From the human T2T-CHM13v2.0 reference genome, Homo sapiens, in the NCBI RefSeq assembly GCF_009914755.1, contig NC_060948.1: 64,000 bases of DNA. One strand, written 5' to 3'. This document shows, piece after piece, positions 1 to 10,607 of this stretch. The notes below the pieces were generated by a model. The model ran no database searches. It was not told the DNA's origin and saw only the letters and a list, made by a program, of their open reading frames with translations. A program made the position numbers and the translations under genes. The stretch's first letter is position 1. Each line of letters opens with the position of its first letter.

Positions 1-172
1 ACTAAATCGAATGGAATGGAATTGATAGGAACGGAATGGAAAGGAATGCAATGATTTGGCATGGAATGGAATCGAATGGCATCGAATGGAATGGAATGGA
101 ATGCAATGGAATGGAATGTATTAGAATGTAATGAACTTTAATGGAATGTACTCGAATGGATTCGACTGGAAT

Positions 173-187
173 GGAATGTTCTGGAAG
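173..187. promoter_or_regulatory. Perfect heat-shock element motif 1 (gGAAtgTTCtgGAAg), present in all 19 units
   Basis: Exact match to nGAAnnTTCnnGAAn. Binding is not shown by sequence alone. Confidence 0.55.
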
Positions 188-452
188 TGAATGGACTCCA
201 ATGGAATGGATTCAAAAGGAATGGAATCGTACGGAATGGAATCTAATGGAATGGAATTAAATGGAAATGAATCAAATTGAATAGCACGGAATTGAATTGA
301 ATGGAATGGAATGCAATGGAATCTAATGAAACGGAAAGGAAAGGAATGGAATGGAATGGAATGGACTGGAATGGAAAGGAATCGAAACGAATGGAATGGA
401 ATCGAACTGAAGAGACTGGAATGGAATGCACTGGAATGGAAGGGAGTGTAAT

Positions 453-467
453 GGAAGGTTCTCGAAA
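453..467. promoter_or_regulatory. Perfect heat-shock element motif 2 (gGAAggTTCtcGAAa), intact in 18 of 19 units
   Basis: Exact consensus match. Broken (TTT) only in unit 6 at 18106-18120. Confidence 0.55.
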
Positions 468-1463
468 AAAATGGAATCGAATGGAATGGAATTGAATGGA
501 ACGGAATAGAGTCGAATGGAATTGAATGGAATGGAATGGACTAGAGTGAAATGGAATCGAACCACAAGGAATGGACAGGAATAGAATGGTCTCGAATTGA
601 ATGGAATCGTATGGAATGGCATCAAACGGAATGGAATGGACAGCCACGGAATGGAATGCACTCGAATGCAATGGAGTCGAAACTAATGGACTGGAATAGA
701 ATGGACTCGACTGGTACGGACTCCAATGGAATGGAATCGAATGGAAGGGAATCGAACGGAAGGGAATCGAATGGAATGGACTCGAAGGGAAAAGACTGCA
801 ATGGAAAGGTCTCGAATGGAATGGAAATTAATGGAATGGAATGGAATCGAATGAAATGGAGTCAAAAGGAATGGAATCGAATGGCAAGAAATCGAATGTA
901 ATGGAATCGCAAGGAATTGATGTGAACGGAACGGAATGGAATGGAATCCAAAGGAATGGAATAGAATGGAATGGAATCGAATGGAAAGGACTCGAATGGA
1001 AATCACTCGAATAGAATGCAATTTAATAAAATAGGATCAAATGTAATGGAATGGAATGGAAAGGAATCGAAACGAAAGGAATGGAGACAGATGGAATGGA
1101 ATGGAAAAGAGAGCAATGGTATAGAATGGAATGGAATCATCTGGAATGGAATTGAATGGAATGGAATGGAATGCCCTTGAATTAAATGGACTGGAATGGA
1201 ATGGACTCAAACAGAGAGGAATGGAAAGTGTTGAGATAGAATGGAATGAACTCCTTTGGAATGGTCTAGTAGGCAATGCAATCGACTGGCAGGGAATCAA
1301 AAGGAATGTAATCGAATGGATTGGACTGGAATGCAATGGACTCGAATAGATTGGAAACGGAATGCAAAGGAATGGAATGGAATAGTATGGAATGGAATGG
1401 AAAGGAATGGAGTGGAATAGACTAGAGTGGAATGGAATGGACTGGAAAGCAATGGACTGGAAT

Positions 1464-1478
1464 GGAACTTTCTTGAAT
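1464..1478. promoter_or_regulatory. Perfect heat-shock element motif 3 (gGAActTTCttGAAt), polymorphic between units
   Basis: Intact in units 1, 3, 5-10 and 12-14. Last GAA is changed to GGA in units 2, 4, 11 and 15-18. Confidence 0.5.
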
Positions 1479-3210
1479 GGACTGGAATCAAACGGAATGG
1501 AATGCAATGCAATCAAATGGCATGGAATAAAATAGAATGAAAGAGAATCAAATGGAATTGAATCGAATGGAATCGAATGGATTGGAAAGGAATAGAATGG
1601 AATGGAATGGAATTGACTCAAATGGAATGGACTAGAATGGAATGGATTCGAATGGAAGGCAAAGGAATGGAATCTATTGGAATGGACTGAAATGGAATGG
1701 AATGGAAGGGATTGGAATGGACTCGAATGGAATGGACTGCAATAGAAAGGATTCGAATGGAATGAAAAAGAATTGAATGGAATAGAACAGAATGGAATCA
1801 AATCGAATGAAATGGAACGGAATAGAAAGGAATGGAATGAAATGGAATGAAAAGGATTCCAATGCAATGCAATCGAATGGATTGGAATCGAACGGAATGG
1901 AATAAAATGGAAGAAAACTGGCAATAAATGGAATCGAAATGAATGGAGTGTTATGGAACGGACTCAAAAGGAATTGAATGTAATAGAATGGAGTGGAGTG
2001 GACTCGAATATAATGGACTGGAATGGAATGAAATCACATGGAATGGGAACGAATGGAATGGAATGGAAAGGAATGGAATCGAATGGAAAGGAATCGAATG
2101 GAAGGGAATGAAATTGAATCAACAGGAATGGAAGGGAATAGAATAGACGGTAATGGAATGGACTCGAATAGAATGGACACGAATGCTCAAATTGAATGGA
2201 CTCGAATGGAATGGAAACGAAAGGAATGTCATCGAATGGAATTGAATCGATTGGAATGAAATCGCATAGAATGGAGTGGAATCAAATGGAATTGAATCGA
2301 AAGGAAAGGAAGCGAATGGACTGAAATGAAATGGAATGGAATTGAATGGAAAGTAATGCAATGGAATAGAATGGAACGAAATTTCACGGAATGGAATCAA
2401 ACTGAATGGAATCAAATCAATGGAATCAAATCAAATGGAATGGAAAGGAATTGAATGGAGTAGATGGGATTGGATGGGACTGGAATGAAATGTACTGGAA
2501 AGTACTCGAATTTCATGAAACGGAATGGAATGAATTGGAACGGAATGGACTCGAATGGAATGGAATGTCATGGAATGGCATCAAATGGAATGGCATCAAA
2601 TGGAATGGAATCGAATGCAATGGAATGCTATGGAATGGAATGGAATGCATTGGAATGGAATGTCCTCTAATGGAATGGATTCGAGTGGAATGGGATCGAA
2701 TATAATGGAGTCGAATGAAATGGAATTGAAAGGAATGGGATCGAATACAATGGAATATACTGGAATGTAATGTAATGAACTCGAATGTAATTGACTGGAA
2801 TGGAATGTACATGAATGGAATGTAATCGAATGGAAAGTAATCCAATGGAATAGAATCTAATGCAATAAAATCGACTCAGATAGAGTAGAATGTAATGGAA
2901 TGGAGTGCAGTGCAATGGAATGGAATGGAATGGAATGCAATGGAATGGAATGGAATGGAATGGAATGGAATGGAATGGAATGGGATGGAATGGGATGGAA
3001 TGGATAGTAATGGACTGGAATGAAATGGACTGGAAAAGAATGGACTCAAATTGAAAGGGCTCGAAAGGAATGGAGTCAAATGGAATGGTCTGGAATGGAA
3101 TGAACACGAATGTAATGCAATCCAATACAATAGAATCGAATGGCATGGAATATAAAGAAATGGAATCTAAGAGAATGGAAACAAATGGAATGGAATTGAA
3201 TGGAATGGAA

Positions 3211-3364
3211 TTGAATGGAATGGGAACGAATGGAGTGAAATTGTATGCAGTAGAAGAGAATAGAATGGAATGCAAGTGAAAGGAAAGGAATGGATTGCAA
3301 TGGAATGGAATTCATTGGAATGGAAGGGAATGTAGTGTAATGGACAGGCCTGGAATAAAGTGGA
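3211..3364 (+). other. Classical DYZ1 sex-typing PCR target (Y1.2/Y1.1-type primer sites), 154 bp here
   Basis: TTGAATGGAATGGGAACGAATGG at 3211-3233 and GGACAGGCCTGGAATAAAGTGGA at 3342-3364. Primer identity is recalled from memory, not checked. Confidence 0.7.
3308..3351. other. Once-per-unit EcoRI (GAATTC 3308-3313) and StuI/HaeIII (AGGCCT 3346-3351) landmark
   Basis: Seen directly and present in all 18 complete units. Explains the classical unit-length restriction fragment of DYZ1. Confidence 0.9.
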
Positions 3365-3549
3365 ATGCTACGGTCTCGAATGGAATAAAAATGTATGGAA
3401 TGGAATGCAATGAAAAGGAATCGAATGTCACAGAATGTAATGGAATGCAAAAAAATGGACTCCAAAATCATTGACTGGAAAGGCTGGGGTTCGAAAGGAA
3501 TTGACTGCAATGGAATGGAATCGAATGGAATGGAAGTGAATAGAATCGA

Positions 3550-6500
3550 ACTAAATCGAATGGAATGGAATTGATAGGAACGGAATGGAAAGGAATGCAA
3601 TGATTTGGCATGGAATGGAATCGAATGGCATCAAATGGAATGGAATGGAATGCAATGGAATGGAATGTATTAGAATGTAATGAACATTAATGGAATGTAC
3701 TCGAATGGATTCGACTGGAATGGAATGTTCTGGAAGTGAATGGACTCCAATGGAATGGATTCGAAAGGAATGGAATCGAACGGAATGGAATCTAATGGAA
3801 TGGAATTAAATGGAAATGAATCAAATTGAATAGCACGGAATTGAATTGAATGGAATCGAATGCAATGGAATCTAATGAAACGGAAAGGAAAGAATGGAAT
3901 GGAATGGAATGGGCTGGAATGGAAAGGAATCGAAACGAATGGAATGGAATCGAACTGAAGAGACTGGAATGGAATGCACTGGAATGGAAGGGAGTGTAAT
4001 GGAAGGTTCTCGAAAAAAATGGAATCGAATGGAATGGAATTGAATGGAACGGAATAGAGTCGCATGGAATTGAATGGAATGGAATGGACTAGAGTGAAAT
4101 GGAATCGAACGAAAAGGAATGGACAGGAATAGAATGGTCTCGAATTGAATGGAATCGTATGGAATGGCATCAAACGGAATGGAATGGACAGCCACGGAAT
4201 GGAATGCACTCGAATGCAATGGAGTCGAAACTAATGGACTGGAATAGAATGGACTCGACAGGTATGGACTCCAATGGAATGGAATCGAATGGAAGGGAAT
4301 CGAACGGAATGGACTCGAAGGGAAAAGACTGCAATGGAAAGGTCTCGAATGGAATGGAAATTAATGGAATGGAATGGAATCGAATGAAATGGAGTCAAAA
4401 GGAATGGAATCGAATGGCAAGAAATCGAATGGAATGGAATCGCAAGGAATTGATGTGAACGGAACGGAATGGAATGGAATCCAAAGGAATGGAATAGAAT
4501 GGAATGGAATCGAATGGAAAGGACTCGAATGGAAATCACTCGAATAGAATGCAATTTAATAAAATAGGATCAAATGTAATAGAATGGAATGGAAAGGAAT
4601 CGAAACGGAAGGAATGGAGACAGATGGAATGGAATGGAACAGAGAGCAATGGTATAGAATGGAATGGAATCATCTGGAATGGAATTGAATGGAATGGAAT
4701 AATATGAAATGGAATGGAATGGAATGGAATGGAATGGAATGCCCTTGAATTAAATGGACTGGACTCGAACAGAGTGGAATGGAAAGTGTTGAGATAGAAT
4801 GGAATGGACTCCTTTGGAATGGTGTAGTATGCAATGCAATCGACTGGCAGGGAATCAAAAGGAATGTAATCGAATGGATTGGACTGGAATGCAATGGACT
4901 CGAATAGATTCTAAACGGAATGCAAAGGAATGGAATGGAATAGTATGGAATGCAATGGAAGGGAATGGAGTGGATTAGACTAGAGTGGAATGGAATGGAC
5001 TGGAAAGCAATGGACTGGAATGGAACTTTCTTGGATGGACTGGAATCAAACGGAATGGAATGCAATGCAATCAAATGGCATGGAATAAAATAGAATGAAA
5101 GAGAATCAAACGGAATTGAATCGAATGGAATCGAATGGATTGGAAAGGAATAGAATGGAATGGAATGGAATTGACTCAAATGGAATGGACTAGAATGGAA
5201 TGGATTCGAATGGAAGGCAAAGGAATGGAATCTATTGGAATGGACTGTAATGGAATGGAATGGAAGGGATTGGAATGGACTCGAATGGAATGGACTGCAA
5301 TAGAAAGGATTCGAATGGAATGAAAAAGAATTGAATGGAATAGAACAGAATGGAATCAAATCGAATGGAATGGAATGGAATAGAAAGGAATGGAATGAAA
5401 TGGAATGGAAAGGATTCGAATGGAATGCAATCGAATGGAATGGAATCGAACGGAATGGAATAAAATGGAAGAAAACTGGCAAGAAATGGAATCGAAATGA
5501 ATGGAGTGTTATGCAACGGACTCAAAAGGAATTGAATGTAATAGAATGGAGTGGAGTGGACTCGAATATAATGGACTGGAATGGAATGAAATCACATGGA
5601 ATGGGAACGAATGGAATGGAATGGAAAGGAATGGAATCGAATGGAAAGGAATCGAATGGAAGGGAATGAAATTGAATCAACAGGAATGGGAGGGAATAGA
5701 ATAGACTGTAATGGAATGGACTCGAATAGAATGGACACGAATGCTCAAATTAAATGGACTCGAATGGAATGGAAACGAAAGGAATGTCATCGAATGGAAT
5801 TGAATCGATTGGAATGAAATCGCATAGAATGGAGTGGAATCAAATGGAATTGAATCGAAAGGAACGGAAGCGAATGGACTGAAATGAAATGGAATGGAAT
5901 TGAATGGAAAGTAATGCAATGGAATAGAATGGAACGAAATTTCACGGAATGGAATCAAACTGAATGGAATCAAATCAATGGAATCAAATCAAATGGAATG
6001 GAAAGGAATTGAATGGAGTAGATGGGATTGGATGGGATTGGAATGAAATGTACTGGAAAGGACTCGAATTTCATGAAACGGAATGGAATGAATTGGAACG
6101 GAATGGACTCGAATGGAATGGAATGTCATGGAATGGCATCAAATGGAATGGCATCAAATGGAATGGAATCGAATGCAATGGAATGCTATGGAATGGAATG
6201 GAATGCATTGGAATGGAATGTCCTCTAATGGAATGGATTCGAGTGGAATGGAATTGAATATAATGGAGTCGAATGAAATGGAATTGAAAGGAATGGGATC
6301 GAATAAAATGGAATATACTGGAATGTAACGTAATGAACTCGAATGTAATTGACTGGAATGGAATGTACATGAATGGAATGTGATCGAATGGAAAGTAGTC
6401 CAATGGAATAGAATCTAATGCAATAAAATCGACTCAGATAGAGTAGAATGTAATGGAATGGAGTGCAGTGCAATGGAATGGAATGGAATGGAATGGAATG

Positions 6501-7082
6501 GAATGGAATGGAATGGGATGGAATGGTATGGAATGGATAGTAATGGACTGGAGTGAAATGGACTGGAAAGGAATGGACTCAAATTGAAAGGTCTCGAAAG
6601 GAATGGAGTCAAATGGAATGGTCTGGAATGGAATGAACACGAATGTAATGCAATCCAATAGAATGGAATCGAATGGCATGGAATATAAAGAAATGGAATC
6701 GAAGAGAATGGAAACAAATGGAATGAAATTGAATGGAACGGAATTGAATGGAATGTGAACGAATGGAGTGAAATTGTATGCAGTAGAAGAGAATAGAATG
6801 GAATGCAAGTGAAAGGAAAGGAATGGATTGGAATGGAATGGAATTCATTGGAATGGAAGGGAATGTAGTGTAATGGACAGGCCTGGAATAAAGTGGAATG
6901 CTACGGTCTCGAATGGAATAAAAATGTATGGAATGGAATGCAATGAAACGGAATCGAATGTCATAGAATGTAATGGAATGCAAAAAAATGGAATCCAAAA
7001 TCATTGAATGGAAAGGCTGGGTGTCGAAAGGAATTGACTCCAATGGAATGGAATCGAATGGAATGGAAGTGAATAGAATCGA
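3550..7082 (+). repeat. DYZ1 unit 2 (3533 bp; 5' like unit 11, 3' subtype B)
   Basis: Landmark at 3550. 1-bp deletion at ~3890. B markers TGTGATCG, GTAGTCC and TGTGAACG in the 3' part. Confidence 0.9.
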
Positions 7083-10000
7083 ACTAAATCGAATGGAATG
7101 GAATTGATAGGAACGGAATGGAAAGGATTGCAATGATTTGGCATGGAATGGAATCGAATGGCATCGAATGGAATGGAATGGAATGCAATGGAATGGAATG
7201 TATTAGAATGTAATGAACTTTAATGGAATGTACTCGAATGGATTCGACTGGAATGGAATGTTCTGGAAGTGAATGGACTCCAATGGAATGGATTCAAAAG
7301 GAATGGAATCGTACGGAATGGAATCTAATGGAATGGAATTAAATGGAAATGAATCAAATTGAATAGCACGGAATTGAATTGAATGGAATCGAATGCAATG
7401 GAATCTAATGAAACGGAAAGGAAAGGAATGGAATGGAATGGAATGGACTGGAATGGAAAGGAATCGAAACGAATGGAATGGAATCGAACTGAAGAGACTG
7501 GAATGGAATGCACTGGAATGGAAGGGAGTGTAATGGAAGGTTCTCGAAAAAAATGGAATCGAATGGAATGCAATTGAATGGAACGGAATAGAGTCGAATG
7601 GAATTGAATGGAATGGAATGGACTAGAGTGAAATGGAATCGAACCACAAGGAATGGACAGGAATAGAATGGTCTCGAATTGAATGGAATCGTATGGAATG
7701 GCATCAAACGGAATGGAATGGACAGCCACGGAATGGAATGCACTCGAATGCAATGGAGTCGAAACTAATGGACTGGAATAGAATGGACTCGACTGGTACG
7801 GACTCCAATGGAATGGAATCGAATGGAAGGGAATCGAACGGAATGGACTCGAAGGGAAAAGACTGCAATGGAAAGGTCTCGAATGGAATGGAAATTAATG
7901 GAATGGAATGGAATCGAATGAAATGGAGTCAAAAGGAATGGAATCGAATGGCAAGAAATCGAATGTAATGGAATCGCAAGGAATTGATGTGAACGGAACG
8001 GAATGGAATGGAATCCAAAGGAATGGAATAGAATGGAATGGAATCGAATGGAAAGGACTCGAATGGAAATCACTCGAATAGAATGCAATTTAATAAAATA
8101 GGATCAAATGTAACAGAATGGAAAGGAAAGGAATCGAAACGGAAAGAATGGAGACAGTTGGAATGGAATGGAACAGAGAGCAATGGTATAGAATGGAATG
8201 GAATCATCTGGAATGGAATTGAATGGAATGGAATGATATGAAATGGAATGGAATGGAATGGAATGGAATGCCCTTGAATTAAATGGACTGGACTCGAACA
8301 GAGTGGAATGGAAAGTGTTGAGATAGAATGGAATGGACTCCTTTGGAATGGTGTAGTATGCAATGCAATCGACTGGCAGGGAATCAAAAGGAATGTAATC
8401 GAATGGATTGGACTGGAATGCAATGGACTCGAATAGATTGGAAACGGAATGCAAAGGAATGGAATGGAATAGTATGGAATGGAATGGAAAGGAATGGAGT
8501 GGAATAGACTAGAGTGGAATGGAATGGACTGGAAAGCAATGGACTGGAATGGAACATTCTTGAATGGACTGGAATCAAACGGAATGGAATGCAATGCAAT
8601 CAAATGGCATGGAATAAAATAGAATGAAAGAGAATCAAATGGAATTGAATCGAATGGAATCGAATGGATTGGAAAGGAATAGAATGGAATGGAATGGAAT
8701 TGACTCAAATGGAATGGACTAGAATGGAATGGATTCGAATGGAAGGCAAAGGAATGGAATCTATTGGAATGGACTGTAATGGAATGGAATGGAAGGGATT
8801 GGAATGGACTCGAATGGAATGGACTGCAATAGAAAGGATTCGAATGGAATGAAAAAGAATTGAATGGAATAGAACAGAATGGAATCAAATCGAATGAAAT
8901 GGAATGGAATAGAAAGGAATGGAATGAAATGGAATGGAAAGGATTCGAATGGAATGCAATCGAATGGAATGGAATCGAACGGAATGGAATAAAATGGAAG
9001 AAAACTGGCAAGAAATGGAATCGAAAGGAATGGAGTGTTATGGAACGGACTCAAAAGGAATTGAATGTAATAGAATGGAGTGGAGTGGACTCGAATATAA
9101 TGGACTGGAATGGAATGAAATCACATAGAATGGGAACGAATGGAATGGAATGGAAAGGAATGGAATCGAATGGAAAGGAATCGAATGGAAGGGAATGAAA
9201 TTGAATCAACAGGAATGGAAGGGAATAGAATAGACTGTAATGGAATGGACTCGAATAGAATGGACACGAATGCTCAAATTAAATGGACTCGAATGGAATG
9301 GAAACGAAAGGAATGTCATCGAATGGAATTGAATCGATTGGAATGAAATCGCATAGAATGGAGTGGAATCAAATGGAATTGAATCGAAAGGAAAGGAAGC
9401 GAATGGACTGAAATGAAATGGAATGGAATTGAATGGAAAGTAATGCGATGGAATAGAATGGAACGAAATTTCACGGAATGGAATCAAACTGAATGGAATC
9501 AAATCAATGGAATCAAATCAAATGGAAGGGAAAGGAATTGAATGGAGTAGATGGGATTGGATGTGATTGGAATGAAATGTACTGGAAAGGACTCGAATTT
9601 CATGAAACGGAATGGAATGAATTGGAACGGAATGGACTCGAATGGAATGGAATGTCATGGAATGGCATCAAATGGAATGGCATCAAATGGAATGGAATCG
9701 AATGCAATGGAATGCTATGGAATGGAATGGAATGCATTGGAATGGAATGTCCTCTAATGGAATGGATTCGAGTGGAATGGAATTGAATATAATGGAGTCG
9801 AATGAAATGGAATTGAAAGGAATGGGATCGAATACAATGGAATATACTGGAATGTAACGTAATGAACTCGAATGTAATTGACTGGAATGGAATGTACATG
9901 AATGGAATGTGATCGAATGGAAAGTAGTCCAATGGAATAGAATCTAATGCAATAAAATCGACTCAGATAGAGTAGAATGTAATGGAATGGAGTGCAGTGC

Positions 10001-10607
10001 AATGGAATGGAATGGAATGGAATGGAATGGAATGGAATGGGATGGAATGGTATGGAATGGATAGTAATGGACTGGAGTGAAATGGACTGGAAAGGAATGG
10101 ACTCAAATTGAAAGGTCTCGAAAGGAATGGAGTCAAATGGAATGGTCTGGAATGGAATGAACACGAATGTAATGCAATCCAATAGAATGGAAACGAATGG
10201 CATGGAATATAAAGAAATGGAATCGAAGAGAATGGAAACAAATGGAATGAAATTGAATGGAACGGAATTGAATGGAATGTGAACGAATGGAGTGAAATTG
10301 TATGCAGTAGAAGAGAATAGAATGGAATGCAAGTGAAAGGAAAGGAATGGATTGGAATGGAATGGAATTCATTGGAATGGAAGGGAATGTAGTGTAATGG
10401 ACAGGCCTGGAATAAAGTGGAATGCTACGGTCTCGAATGGAATAAAAATGTATGGAATGGAATGCAATGAAACGGAATCGAATGTCATAGAATGTAATGG
10501 AATGCAAAAAAAATGGAATCCAAAATCATTGAATGGAAAGGCTGGGTGTCGAAAGGAATTGACTCCAATGGAATGGAATCGAATGGAATGGAAGTGAATA
10601 GAATCGA
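7083..10607 (+). repeat. DYZ1 unit 3 (3525 bp, subtype B)
   Basis: Landmark at 7083. Markers TAACAGAAT, GACAGTTGG, GATGTGATT. Confidence 0.9.

Larger units (their letters stand above)
1..3549 (+). repeat. DYZ1 unit 1 (3549 bp, subtype A)
   Basis: Units are delimited arbitrarily at the landmark ACTAAATCGA. Carries a 15-bp duplication at ~745, lacks the AATAATATG segment, and has AGTACT at 2501. Confidence 0.9.

Noticed and set aside
1021-1032. AATAAA / TATA-like motifs (also ~2864, ~3354)
   Set aside because: Easily produced from GGAAT variants in A-rich sequence. There is no supporting transcript structure in the sequence.
2507-2520. GAAtTTCatGAA as another perfect heat-shock element
   Set aside because: The first spacer is 1 bp rather than 2, so only a two-unit match remains.
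10506-10513. A8 instead of A7 in unit 3, creating a longer ORF
   Set aside because: A single homopolymer difference, most likely slippage or a sequencing error, with no functional implication.
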